Positions 7,747-17,275 of a DNA stretch of 64,000 nucleotides are shown here, one piece after another. The translations under genes and the position numbers were made by a program. Origin of the DNA: Alphaproteobacteria bacterium (lineage in GTDB: Bacteria; Pseudomonadota; Alphaproteobacteria; GCA-2731375). A model generated the notes under the pieces. That model was not told the origin of the DNA. It saw only the letters and a list, made by a program, of their open reading frames with translations, and ran no database searches. The first letter of the stretch is position 1. The number at the start of each line of letters is the position of its first letter. The stretch spans positions 192,001-256,000 of the forward strand of contig CBDDBZ010000036.1 of the NCBI GenBank assembly GCA_965225945.1. The letters are read 5' to 3'.

Positions 7747-10065
7747 TCAGGCGCACTTGGAATAGCCGCAGCTCATGCAGAGGTCGCAGTTCTCCTGCAC
7801 CACCATGGCGGGCTCGCCACAGCGCGGGCAGCCCTTGCGGCGGGCACGGGCTTCGCCCACGGGCAGGGCCACGACCCTGCTTGCCTCGAACGGCGCCTCC
7901 GCCTTGCGATCCGGTAGGAATCCGATCGCCACCATGTGGGTCTCGATGACCTCGCCGATCGCGGCGAGCAGGGAGGGCACGTAGCGGCCCCCCATCCAGT
8001 GCCCGCCCCGGGGATCGAACACCGCCTTCAGCTCCTCGACGACGAACGAGACGTCGCCGCCCCGGCGGAAGACGGCGGAGATCATCCGCGTCAGCGCGAC
8101 CGTCCAGGCGTAGTGCTCCATGTTCTTGGAGTTGATGAAGATCTCGAAGGGGCGGCGGCGGCCATCCTGCACGATGTCGTTGATGGTGATGTAGATCGCG
8201 TGGTCGCTCTCCGGCCAGGCGATCTTGTAGGTGTTGCCGGGTAACGCCTCGGGCCGGTCGAGCGGGCGGGTCATGTAGACGACGCCGCCCGCGTCGTAAG
8301 CGTCGAGGGGCCGGGGCGCCGGCGGCGCCAACGGCAGCTCCGCTTGCACCGCGGCCGCGTCGTCGTCGTCGGCGCGCGTCTCCAGCACCGCGCCGGTCAC
8401 GTCGTTCGGCCGGTAGGTGGTGCAGCCCTTGCATCCGCCGTCATAGGCCAGCCGATAGATCTCGCGGAAATCCTCGAAGGAAATGTCGGCCGGACAGTTG
8501 ATGGTCTTGGAGATAGAGGTGTCGACGTAGTTCTGCGCCGCCGCTTGCATCGCGACGTGATCGGCCGGCGCCAGCCGTTGCGCGTCGACGAAATAGTCCG
8601 GCAGCGCCGCCGTCTCGCCGAAGCGCGCGCGCCAGGTCCGGAAGGCGTAATCGCTCACCTGCTCCTCCCGGCGCTCGCCGTTCGGCTGCAGGACGTGGCG
8701 GCTGTAAGTGAAGCTGAAGACCGGCTCGATACCGCTGGAGACGTTGTCGGCCAGGAGCGAGATCGTGCCGGTGGGCGCGATGGAGGTGAGGGTGGCGTTA
8801 CGAATGCCGTGGCGTCGGATCGCCGCCCGCGTCTCCTCGTCCAACGCCTGGAGGTTGGGCGAGGCGAGGAACGGCGCGGCCTCGAAGGCGGGGAAGGGGC
8901 CCTTCTCCGCCGCCAGCGCCGCGCTCGCCCGATAGGCGGCACGTCGGATCCGGTCGAGCCAGGCCTCGGTCAATTCAATCGCGCGGGCCGAGCCGTAGCG
9001 CGCCCGACAGAAGATCAGGGCGTCGGCCAAGCCGGTGACGCCAAGGCCGATGCGGCGCGTCGCCCGCGCCTCCGCCTGTTGTGCGGCCAAGGGAAAAGCC
9101 GAAACGTCGATCACGTCGTCCATCATCCGGACCGCCGTGGCGACCAGGTTTTCCAACCCGTCCTCCGGGATCGCCGCCTCCGCCTCGAAGGGCGTTTCCA
9201 CCAGGCGCGCCAGGTTGATCGAGGCAAGCAGGCAAGCGCCATAGGGTGGCAACGGTTGCTCGCCACAAGGATTGGTCGCCCGGATGGTCTCGGCGTAGGC
9301 GAGGTTGTTCCGCGCGTTGACGCGGTCGATGAAGATCACGCCCGGCTCGGCATAGGCGTATGTGGCCCGCATGATTCGGTCCCAGAGGTCCCGGGCGCTG
9401 ACGGTATTATAGGCGACGCCGCCGAAATGAAGCTCGAGGCCGTCGTCGATCGCCACCGCATCCATGAAGGCATCGCTCACCAGGACCGAGAGGTTGAACA
9501 TCCGCAGCCGGCCCGCGTCCTGCTTCGCCTCGATGAAGGCTTCGATATCGGGATGGTCGCAGCGCATCGTCCCCATCATCGCGCCCCGGCGGTGGCCGGC
9601 GCTCATGATGGTGCGGCACATGGCATCCCACACGTCCATGAAGGTCAGCGGCCCCGAGGCGTCGGCGCCGACACCGAGCACCACCGCGCCCTTGGGCCGC
9701 AGCGTCGAGAAGTCGTAGCCGATGCCGCCACCCTGCTGCATCGTCAACGCCGCTTCCTTCAGGTGCTCGAAGATGCCGGACATGTCGTCCGGGATTTCGC
9801 CCATGACGAAGCAGTTGAACAGCGTGACCCGCCGCGCCGTGCCGGCGCCGGCGAGGATGCGACCCGCCGGCAGCAGCTTGAAGTCCTCCATCGCCTCGAC
9901 GAAGCGGGGCTCCCACTGTTCCGGCGCCGCCTCCACGGCGGCGAGCGCGGCCGCGACCCGGCGCCAACTGTCTTCGATCGTGTTGTCGATCGGGGTGCCG
10001 TCCGCCCCCTTGAAGCGGTACTTCATGTCCCAGATCTGCTGCGCGATCGGCGTGACGGTGGGCAT
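7747..10065 (-). CDS. nrdJ: Adenosylcobalamin-dependent (class II) ribonucleotide reductase with TSCPD domain and C-terminal Zn ribbon
   Basis: LFNCFV, GGGIGYDFS, RRGAMM, ATNPCGEQPL, SIAPTGT, SISKTIN, CKGCTTYR; start taken at ATG 10065. Confidence 0.96.
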   Translation of the reverse strand: MPTVTPIAQQIWDMKYRFKGADGTPIDNTIEDSWRRVAAALAAVEAAPEQWEPRFVEAMEDFKLLPAGRILAGAGTARRVTLFNCFVMGEIPDDMSGIFEHLKEAALTMQQGGGIGYDFSTLRPKGAVVLGVGADASGPLTFMDVWDAMCRTIMSAGHRRGAMMGTMRCDHPDIEAFIEAKQDAGRLRMFNLSVLVSDAFMDAVAIDDGLELHFGGVAYNTVSARDLWDRIMRATYAYAEPGVIFIDRVNARNNLAYAETIRATNPCGEQPLPPYGACLLASINLARLVETPFEAEAAIPEDGLENLVATAVRMMDDVIDVSAFPLAAQQAEARATRRIGLGVTGLADALIFCRARYGSARAIELTEAWLDRIRRAAYRASAALAAEKGPFPAFEAAPFLASPNLQALDEETRAAIRRHGIRNATLTSIAPTGTISLLADNVSSGIEPVFSFTYSRHVLQPNGERREEQVSDYAFRTWRARFGETAALPDYFVDAQRLAPADHVAMQAAAQNYVDTSISKTINCPADISFEDFREIYRLAYDGGCKGCTTYRPNDVTGAVLETRADDDDAAAVQAELPLAPPAPRPLDAYDAGGVVYMTRPLDRPEALPGNTYKIAWPESDHAIYITINDIVQDGRRRPFEIFINSKNMEHYAWTVALTRMISAVFRRGGDVSFVVEELKAVFDPRGGHWMGGRYVPSLLAAIGEVIETHMVAIGFLPDRKAEAPFEASRVVALPVGEARARRKGCPRCGEPAMVVQENCDLCMSCGYSKCA

Positions 10066-10254
10066 GAGCCGAAGGCTCCGAATTGGGGCGCGATTGTCCA
10101 GGCTGGCAAGCCAGGATTGAGGCAAATCCCGTCGACCGACCAGACCGATGATTTTATGCCATGGGCGCCCTCGGGTCAATGTTCATGTTTCGTTCCAACA
10201 TCCAACGACAACGTGGATACAGAATAAATCGTTGAAATTATGCCGGTATTTATT

Positions 10255-10376
10255 TTATCCACAAAATTCACATCCTCTCGACGCGGAGGTTTGGCTTCGG
10301 TGGGGCGGGCATCGGGGAGTTATCCCCAATTTTATCCCCACGGTTATCCCCAAGGTTATCCCCCGAGTTGTCCACG
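10255..10376 (+). promoter_or_regulatory. DnaA-box cluster upstream of nrdJ
   Basis: Consensus TTATCCACA at 10255; TTATCCCCA at 10320, 10332, 10344; TTATCCCCC at 10356; TTGTCCACG at 10368 (exact 12-bp period). Confidence 0.75.
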
Positions 10377-11093
10377 TCCCTCGGCGACCAGGCGCACCGT
10401 CGCGGTCTCGATTGCGTCCTCGAGCGCCGCCATGAAGGCGCGCCGGTCGAGGCCGGGCGCGATCGGCGCCAGATACTCGAGCACGATTCGGCCCGGGTAA
10501 CGGAAGAAGCTGCGCCGGGGCCAGTAGAGGCCGGAGTTGAGCGCCACGGGCACCACCGCCACGTCCAGGCCACGATAGAGCGCGGCGATCCCCGGTTGGT
10601 AGGGGACGATGTCGGTGCCGAGGTCGGGCGCCGCGCGCGTGCCCTGGGGAAATATGATGATCGGCCGGCCTTCCCGGATGGCGGCGCGGCCCGCCTCGAT
10701 CATGGCGCGAAGCGCCGTGGGGCCGCCCTGGCGATCGACCGGGATCATCCGTGATTTGCGGCAATAGGCGCCGTAGATCGGGATCGCCAGCAGCTCCCGC
10801 TTCATCACCACCGCCGGGTCGTCGACGATCAGATGCCAGATCAGCGTGTCCCAGGCCGACTGGTGCTTGGCGGCGATCAGATGGCCGCCCGGCGGCCGCC
10901 GCTCGGCCCCTCGGATGTCGATTTCGATGCCCGCGAGCACACGCATCAGCCAGACCACGTGACCCGCCCAGCGGCGCTGCCCCGATACCGTGACCCGATG
11001 CGACATCCAGAGCCCCGGCACGTAGGCCAGCACCATGATCGTGGTCCAGAGATAAAACGCGAGGTTGAAGCCGATCGAGCGGAGCAGGATCAT
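10356..11093 (-). CDS. plsC: 1-acyl-sn-glycerol-3-phosphate acyltransferase
   Basis: KHQSAWD, MKREL, IFPQGTR, VVPVA motifs; ATG 11093 overlaps upstream stop. Confidence 0.92.
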   Translation of the reverse strand: MILLRSIGFNLAFYLWTTIMVLAYVPGLWMSHRVTVSGQRRWAGHVVWLMRVLAGIEIDIRGAERRPPGGHLIAAKHQSAWDTLIWHLIVDDPAVVMKRELLAIPIYGAYCRKSRMIPVDRQGGPTALRAMIEAGRAAIREGRPIIIFPQGTRAAPDLGTDIVPYQPGIAALYRGLDVAVVPVALNSGLYWPRRSFFRYPGRIVLEYLAPIAPGLDRRAFMAALEDAIETATVRLVAEGRGQLGG

Positions 11094-11734
11094 CCGCCAC
11101 GCGACCCCGCTCCCGCCTCCGTCGCTTCCGCGTCGGCGAGCCTGACCGTCAACAGGCCCAGGATGTATTTGTTGAACTCTTTCGCGAGCAGCCGCGCCGT
11201 CCCCGGGTAGCGCCACCATTCCTCCAGGTGGACGGCGGCCGGAAACACCGGGTGCGCCAGCACGTCGACTTCCGGCATGCGGTTCTCGAAGAACAGCAGG
11301 CTTCGCGGCATATGATAGCTCGTCGTGACCAGACGCAGGCTTTGGTAGCCGGCCTCCCGCATCCAGATCGCCGTCTCGATGGCGTTGCCCTGGGTGTCCA
11401 CCGCCTCATAGCCCAGCGAGACGCAGCAGGCGAATGTCTCGGCGGCGGCCGAGCTGCGGCGCCGCAACTCGGCCAGGCCGACGCCCCGATCGACGCCCGA
11501 GATCAGCACCCGCTCGGCCCGGCCCGCCTCCAACAGGCGGAGCCCCTCGTCGATGCGCTCGGCGCCGCCGGTGAGCACGACGACGGCGTCGGTGTCGCGC
11601 CCGTCGTTCGGGACCTGCGTCGGCAGCGACGAGACGAACTGCAGAAATCCGCCGCACCAAAGTGCGAGCAGCGCCGCCAGGGCGATCCCGAGCCGCCACC
11701 AGGAGGACGATTTCGATCCACCGCCACGGGCCAT
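11090..11734 (-). CDS. YdcF/ElyC (DUF218) family protein
   Basis: N-terminal TM, AVVVLTGGAERI, DTQGNAIE, LVTTSYHMPRS, KEFNKY. Confidence 0.9.
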   Translation of the reverse strand: MARGGGSKSSSWWRLGIALAALLALWCGGFLQFVSSLPTQVPNDGRDTDAVVVLTGGAERIDEGLRLLEAGRAERVLISGVDRGVGLAELRRRSSAAAETFACCVSLGYEAVDTQGNAIETAIWMREAGYQSLRLVTTSYHMPRSLLFFENRMPEVDVLAHPVFPAAVHLEEWWRYPGTARLLAKEFNKYILGLLTVRLADAEATEAGAGSRGG

Positions 11735-12609
11735 CACGACATTCGCCCGAGCGCCCCGAGCACGGTCAAGCGCGCCGTCACGAATGCGATCGCGGTGCTG
11801 GCGATCGGCACCAGCGCCAGCGAAAGCAAGGTCGTCGGCCCGATGGCGAGCTGATCGAGCAGCGGCGCCTCCAGGCGCGCGGCGAGCCGGGTCAGCGCAA
11901 AAAGCGTCAAGGCCGCCAGCGCCAGGCCGACGACACCGCCGCGAAGGCCCATCCACATCGCGTGATTCTGAAACTGCCGGGCGATATAGGAATCTCGCGC
12001 ACCCATGACGTGCAGCAGGCCGACGATCGCGTGGTGCACCGAGAGCGTCGCCCTGACCGCGAAGATCACGACGGCGGCGAGCGCGCCGGCGATCAGCACC
12101 ACGGTCGCGGCGGCGACGAACTGCACCCCCCTGGCCAGCCGGACGAGCTGCCCTACCCAGACCTTGTGATCGTCCAGCCGGACCCCTGGGACCGCCTCGG
12201 CGAGACGGCGTGCGAGATAGGCGAAGTCGAGCTGGTGGGCGTCGTCCAACTCGACGTCGATGAGGCGCGGGATCGGCAGGTCGCCAACCGGATTGTCGGG
12301 GCCGAACCAGGGCGCCAGCAGGCGAGCGTGCTCTGCGTCGTCGAGCGCGTGGGCGCCGCGCACGCCGGCGGTGCCGCGCAGGACCTCGAGCGATTTGGCG
12401 ACCCGCTTGTCGAGGTCGGCGCCCTTGCCGGCCGGCACCTCCACCGTCACGTGGCCCTCTAGGCCGGATTGCCAACTACGCACCGCGCCGTCGAGGGCGA
12501 GGCCCCCCGCCACCGCGAGGGTGGCGAGAAACGCCATCACCGCGATCACCCAGGGCAGGAACCGGCCGGCCCCGGTGTGGTCGGGAATGAGGTTCTTGGG
12601 CGCGCTCAT
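11734..12609 (-). CDS. ftsX: Cell division permease FtsX
   Basis: FLPWVIAVMAFLA, LLAPWFG..LPIPRLIDV, LLHVMGARDSYIARQF; directly after ftsE. Confidence 0.92.
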   Translation of the reverse strand: MSAPKNLIPDHTGAGRFLPWVIAVMAFLATLAVAGGLALDGAVRSWQSGLEGHVTVEVPAGKGADLDKRVAKSLEVLRGTAGVRGAHALDDAEHARLLAPWFGPDNPVGDLPIPRLIDVELDDAHQLDFAYLARRLAEAVPGVRLDDHKVWVGQLVRLARGVQFVAAATVVLIAGALAAVVIFAVRATLSVHHAIVGLLHVMGARDSYIARQFQNHAMWMGLRGGVVGLALAALTLFALTRLAARLEAPLLDQLAIGPTTLLSLALVPIASTAIAFVTARLTVLGALGRMS

Positions 12610-13289
12610 GCCGTGGCTTCGCTTTGCGCCTCCGCCGCCGTCGCCAGGTAGCCGTCTTCCAGATGCAGCCGGGGGTAGTCGAACGGGGCGACGAGTGTCT
12701 GGTTGTGGGTGGCGACGATGATGGTGGTGCCGATCCGGTGTAGCTCCTCGAATAGCCCGATCAGGCGATGGCCGATGACGTCGTCGACGTTGCCGGTCGG
12801 CTCGTCGGCGACGATCACGCTCGGCTGCGCCACCACGGCGCGACAGATGGCGACCCGCTGCTGTTCGCCGCCCGAGAGCGTTGCCGGCGAGACCTCCAAG
12901 CGGTCGCCGAGCCCGACCCATTGCAACATCTCGGTGGCATGGCCGTGGACCCGCAATTCCGTCTCGCCCGAGATTCGGAGCGGCAAGGCCACGTTCTCCA
13001 GCACGCTCAGATGATCGAGCAGGCGAAAGTCCTGAAATACCACGCCGAGGCGGCGGCGGATGGCGGGAAGATTGCGCCGCGAGGTTCGGGCGATGTCGCT
13101 GCCGAGAAGGCTGATCACGCCCCGGCTCGGCCGGAGCGCCAAATACATCATCTTGAGCAGCGTCGACTTGCCCGCCCCGCTCGGCCCGGTCACGAAATGG
13201 AACGAGCCCGCCTCCAGATGGAACGAAACGTCGCGCAGTACCTCCGGTCTCTGACCGTAGCGCAGGCCGACGTTCTCGAAGCGGATCAA
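12606..13289 (-). CDS. ftsE: Cell division ATP-binding protein FtsE
   Basis: GPSGAGKST, VVFQDFRLL, LSGGEQQRV, ADEPTGNVD. Confidence 0.95.
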   Translation of the reverse strand: MIRFENVGLRYGQRPEVLRDVSFHLEAGSFHFVTGPSGAGKSTLLKMMYLALRPSRGVISLLGSDIARTSRRNLPAIRRRLGVVFQDFRLLDHLSVLENVALPLRISGETELRVHGHATEMLQWVGLGDRLEVSPATLSGGEQQRVAICRAVVAQPSVIVADEPTGNVDDVIGHRLIGLFEELHRIGTTIIVATHNQTLVAPFDYPRLHLEDGYLATAAEAQSEATA

Positions 13290-13458
13290 GCGACCGAAAC
13301 TCCCGGCGTGAAATCGGGGCCGAGGATGCCATGGCGTCGCGATGGCGTCCAGATTTGCCGCCGAACGGCGTCGCCGCCGGTCCCGGGCGTTGCTTGTTTG
13401 GTAACCATCGTCGCCTTATAAGGTCTCCACCGGTTCGTGTCCCATGAGGACGAACAGG

Positions 13459-14166
13459 ATGATATTGACGTGCCCGGCTTGCGAAACGCGATACCTGGTG
13501 GACCCCGGCGCGCTCGGCGTCGGCGGCCGAGAGGTCCGGTGCGCCAAATGCGGTCGCGACTGGCGTCAAGCGCCGGCTGATCGCGAAGCAGTCGCGCTTC
13601 CGCCCGAGGCGGCGGACGACACGCATTTGCCGACCGGCATGGACCAGCCGCCGCCGATCTCGACCCCGCCCGAGGGCGTTCACCCGCTTCCCCCCGGCTC
13701 GAACCTGCCGGTATTGCCGAATCGGGCGCATGCGGGCCCGGGCTGGGTCGGCTGGGCGGCGCTCGTATTGGTGCTGTGCGCGGGCACCGCGTCCGCCGTG
13801 GTCTGGCGTGATGCCATCGTCGCCGGCTGGCCGCCGGCCGGGCGGCTCTACGAGTTCGTCTCGCTCCCCGTTACGCCGCCCGAGAGCTTCGCCTTCGATA
13901 TCCGCAACGTCGCCTCCGACGTCGGCTTCGAGGCCGGACAGCGGGTCCTGAAGGTGAGTGGGCAAGTCGTCAACATCGGGCCCGAGCCGAAGTCGGTGCC
14001 CAGGCTCAGGGTGAGTATCATCGACGAGGGCGATCGCGCCCTCTACAACTGGACCGTGGCGATGCCGACGACGCTCTTGGCCCCGGGCGAAGCGGTGCCG
14101 TTCACCACGCGCCTGCCCAATCCACCGAAGAACGTGAAGCGAATTTCGGTTACCTTCGAGGCGTAG
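13459..14166 (+). CDS. Zinc-ribbon (MJ0042-type) / TM / DUF3426 protein, ZitP-like
   Basis: MILTCPACETRY..VRCAKC..W, Pro-rich linker, TM helix, periplasmic beta domain; divergent from ftsE. Confidence 0.85.
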   Translation: MILTCPACETRYLVDPGALGVGGREVRCAKCGRDWRQAPADREAVALPPEAADDTHLPTGMDQPPPISTPPEGVHPLPPGSNLPVLPNRAHAGPGWVGWAALVLVLCAGTASAVVWRDAIVAGWPPAGRLYEFVSLPVTPPESFAFDIRNVASDVGFEAGQRVLKVSGQVVNIGPEPKSVPRLRVSIIDEGDRALYNWTVAMPTTLLAPGEAVPFTTRLPNPPKNVKRISVTFEA

Positions 14167-14203
14167 AGCATCAAACGATTCCATAGGGTCGGATCATGCT
14201 CTA
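14163..14203. repeat. Short TAGAGCA...TGCTCTA palindromic element
   Basis: Same termini as the element at 39835-39974. Confidence 0.5.
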
Positions 14204-14276
14204 AGTGTCCGACTCGAAGGTCCCCGAGGCGGGCCCTTTCCCCCGGTCAACCACGCCGAGGCCAGCGGAGGAAACC

Positions 14277-14813
14277 ATGCCCGACACGCCCCGAATCGAG
14301 ATCCTGTTCTCCGCCGCCGAAATTCAGGCCCGCGTCGAGACGCTGGCCGAGGTGATCGCCGACCGCCTGGGCCCGGAGCCGATGGTCGTCGCCGTCCTCA
14401 AGGGAAGCTTCGTCTTCACCGCCGATCTGCTGCGCGCGCTGCATTACCGAGACTGCCACCCGAGGATCGACTTCCTGACCTTGTCCAGTTACGGCGCCGG
14501 AGCCGAGAGTTCGGGCCAGGTGAGCGTGCAGCGCGATATCACCGACGATCCCGCCGGCCACTCGGTCCTACTGGTCGACGATATCCTGGAAAGCGGCCGC
14601 ACGCTGGCCTTCGCCAAGCAACTGCTGCTCGAGCGAGGCGCGGCGGAGGTCGATATCTGCGTGCTGCTGGAGAAGCCCGGCAAACGCAAGGCGGTGATCG
14701 AGGCCGATTTCGTCGGCTTCGAATGCGCCGACAAGTTCGTCGTCGGCTATGGTCTCGATTACGCTCATCTCTATCGCGAATTGCCGTATATCGGCGCGAT
14801 CACGATCGTGTGA
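14277..14813 (+). CDS. hpt: Hypoxanthine phosphoribosyltransferase
   Basis: VLKGSFVF, VLLVDDILESGRTL, FVVGYGLDY..YRELPYI. Confidence 0.95.
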   Translation: MPDTPRIEILFSAAEIQARVETLAEVIADRLGPEPMVVAVLKGSFVFTADLLRALHYRDCHPRIDFLTLSSYGAGAESSGQVSVQRDITDDPAGHSVLLVDDILESGRTLAFAKQLLLERGAAEVDICVLLEKPGKRKAVIEADFVGFECADKFVVGYGLDYAHLYRELPYIGAITIV

Positions 14814-14842
14814 GCAGGCTCGCTGGAGGCCGGGTCGGAGCC

Positions 14843-15211
14843 ATGGCGCGAATTCTTCTGGCTGAAGACGACGAGGGTGTGCGCGGTTTCGTGGCCCGGG
14901 CGCTCGAGGTGCATGGCCACGAGGTCACGGCGGTCTGCGACGGCGCGCTCGCGCTGGAGGCGCTGACGGCGAGTGACGCGCCGGCCTACGAGCTGCTGTT
15001 GGCCGATATCGCGATGCCGATGATGGACGGCATCGCGCTCGCCCTCAAGGTCAGCCGCGACCATCCGGGCTTGCGCGTGCTGCTGATGAGCGGCCATGCC
15101 GAGGAGCGCCGCCGGGCCCACAATTTGGATCAGATCATCCACGACGTGGTGGCCAAGCCGTTCTCGTTGGACGACATCGTGGCTGCCGTGAGCCGCACGC
15201 TCGCGGCGTGA
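14843..15211 (+). CDS. Single-domain response regulator, CpdR-like
   Basis: MARILLAEDD, LLLADIAMPMMDGIALA, AKPF. Confidence 0.85.
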   Translation: MARILLAEDDEGVRGFVARALEVHGHEVTAVCDGALALEALTASDAPAYELLLADIAMPMMDGIALALKVSRDHPGLRVLLMSGHAEERRRAHNLDQIIHDVVAKPFSLDDIVAAVSRTLAA

Positions 15212-15272
15212 TATCCGACGGTGTATGCCTTGCGTGCGTGTCGCCCGCCGGGGCGTGAGGGGAGAGCACCGC

Positions 15273-15611
15273 ATGGCCGAGATCGGCTTCGACGATTTTC
15301 TCAAGCTCGACATCCGCGTCGGCACCATCCGCCGGGTCGAGCCCAATCGCGAGGCGCGCCAGCCCGCCTACAAGATCCATGTCGACTTCGGGCCCGAGAT
15401 CGGCGAGCGCAAGACCAGCGCCCAGGTCACGAAGCATTACGAGATGGAGGCGCTGGTCGGGCGACAGGTGGCGGCGGTGGTGAACTTCCCGCCCAAGCAG
15501 ATCGGCAAGTTCATGTCCGAGATCCTGGTCCTCGGCTTTCCCGACGCGGCCGGCGAGGTCGTCCTCGTCGGCCCGGACAAGGAGGTTCCGGACGGCGGGC
15601 GGATGTTTTGA
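15273..15611 (+). CDS. csaA: tRNA-binding / export chaperone CsaA
   Basis: DFLKLDIRVGTI, PAYK, SAQVT, VVNFPPKQIG..SEILVLG. Confidence 0.92.
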   Translation: MAEIGFDDFLKLDIRVGTIRRVEPNREARQPAYKIHVDFGPEIGERKTSAQVTKHYEMEALVGRQVAAVVNFPPKQIGKFMSEILVLGFPDAAGEVVLVGPDKEVPDGGRMF

Positions 15612-15707
15612 GGCTAGCGGGGCTTCGCGGGCTGGAGCAGCGAGGCCGACATGAGCCGCGCCGAGCGGGAAGGCGCCGCCGGAGCATCACGGCCAATTCC
15701 CGGATCT

Positions 15708-15977
15708 AGCCCGTATTTCTCACCGTGCCCACGGCCTCAGTCGACCTGGGCCGAGTCGATCGCCGAGGAGAAGGCCTGAAAGCGTAGCGGGGCCTACGGT
15801 GAAGGCCTTCGACACGGCGGGCGGCCGGCCCAGGTCGACCCCCTGGGCGTCGCTGTCGGCCCGACAGGGTGCGTCGCGCCGCTTGCCCGATGCGCCCCGC
15901 ATCGCGCGGCGCGGCGCTCCTGCCCTGTCGGGCCGACAGCGACGCTGAGGCCATGGGCACGGTGAGAAATGCGGGCT
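15708..15977. repeat. 270-bp multi-stem palindromic element (MITE-like or structured RNA)
   Basis: About 33-bp terminal IR (AGCCCGTATTTCTCACCGTGCCCACGGCCTCAG / CTGAGGCCATGGGCACGGTGAGAAATGCGGGCT) enclosing two internal hairpins. Confidence 0.7.
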
Positions 15978-16377
15978 GGGCTGAACGGTTCCTCCCCGGC
16001 TCCGGACCTCCGAATCGGCGTGGTCTCCAAGGCGTCATTCTCCCTCCGGCGCCACCGGCCATGACATCTGGGCGGCGGTCGCGGGCCCGAAGGTCGCGAC
16101 CCGCTCCCGTTCTTCTTTTCGCTTATGGAGTGTGTCGAGGGTGCCCTCCGGCGGCGAAATGAGCATTAATGAGGCATTCATTGTTCGCTCGAAAATGAAT
16201 GCTTTTCGGCCAAAATGAATGCTTTTGCTTCGCTCGGGGCAAGAATGACGTCCCGAGCGGTGTGGTTCCCGCGCCGCCGGGAGGGCCTAATACCGTCGAG
16301 CATGTGAACTGGCCTGTCCGCCACGACGGATGTCATCGCGAGCGAAGCGTTGCGATCCAGAGCCACCCGAATGATAA

Positions 16378-17272
16378 TTACGGTGACAGATAATTACGGT
16401 GACAGTGCATTTATAATTACGGTGTATAATTACGGTGACAGTGCATTTAATTGACCCGGGTTCCACGAGCTGCCACGGTCCGCGCATGGCCCGTCCGGCC
16501 AGGATGGTCGTTCCCCATGTCGCTGACCAAGTCACCCAGCGCGGCAACGGCGGTCAAGTCCGGATTCTGCTGGGAATTTTCTCCGGGGTTGCCTCCGTCG
16601 AGGCCTGTTCTGGTAGTTCCAGCTGGGCTTGGTATTCCTGATCGACAATTACGGTGACAGTGCATTTAATTGACCCGGGTTCCACGAGCTGCCACGGTCC
16701 GCGCATGGCCGTCCGGCCAGGATGGTCGTTCCCCATGTCGCTGACCAAGTCACCCAGCGCGGCAACGGCCGGCGGCAGACGTCTTCGGTGCCGATGATCA
16801 TGCGCTCATTTCCGATCTCCTCGGCCGCGCGTGCCGGGCCGCCGATGTCGAAGTCTGGGCTTGGTGCCTCATGGCCAATCACCTCCATCCGATCCTCGTA
16901 CGCGGGGCCGCGACGGCCTCGGGGGCGCTCCGTCGCGCGGACATCGCGCCCATGGCGGTACGATCCATGCGCGCCAAGCCCGCCCAGGCACCTCGGGTTG
17001 AGTGCACTGTCACCGTAATCTGCACCGTAATCTGGGTTGAGTGCACTGTCACCGTAATCTGTCACCGTAATCCCGCACCGTAATCCCGGGGGCCGCGACG
17101 GCCTCGGGCGCGCTCTGTCGCACGGACATCGCGCCCATGGCGGTACGATCCATGCGCGCCAAGCCCGCCCAGGCACCTCGGGTTGAGTGCACTGTCACCG
17201 TAATCGCTAATCGCCACAAGCCCGCCCAGGCACCTCGGGTTGAGTGCACTGTCACCGTAATCGTCACCGTAA
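16378..17272. repeat. REP-like cluster TTACGGTG(ACAGTGCA): 5 forward and 8 inverted copies
   Basis: Forward at 16378, 16394, 16417, 16430, 16649; inverted CACCGTAA at 17011, 17023, 17050, 17063, 17076, 17196, 17253, 17265. Confidence 0.9.
16486..16905 (+). pseudogene. Two tandem 5' fragments of a REP-associated tyrosine transposase (RAYT, Y1/HUH)
   Basis: MARPARMVVPHVADQVTQRGN at 16486 and 16705; second copy continues, frameshifted, to VEVWAWCLMANHLH (HUH motif). Confidence 0.8.
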
Positions 17273-17275
17273 TCG

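Noticed and set aside
7747-10065. Intein or intron in nrdJ
   Set aside because: Length and motif spacing are normal; no splice-junction or homing endonuclease motifs seen
16375-17275. Possible CRISPR array
   Set aside because: Repeats are short, irregularly spaced, in both orientations, with duplicated rather than unique spacers; no cas genes; RAYT fragments explain them
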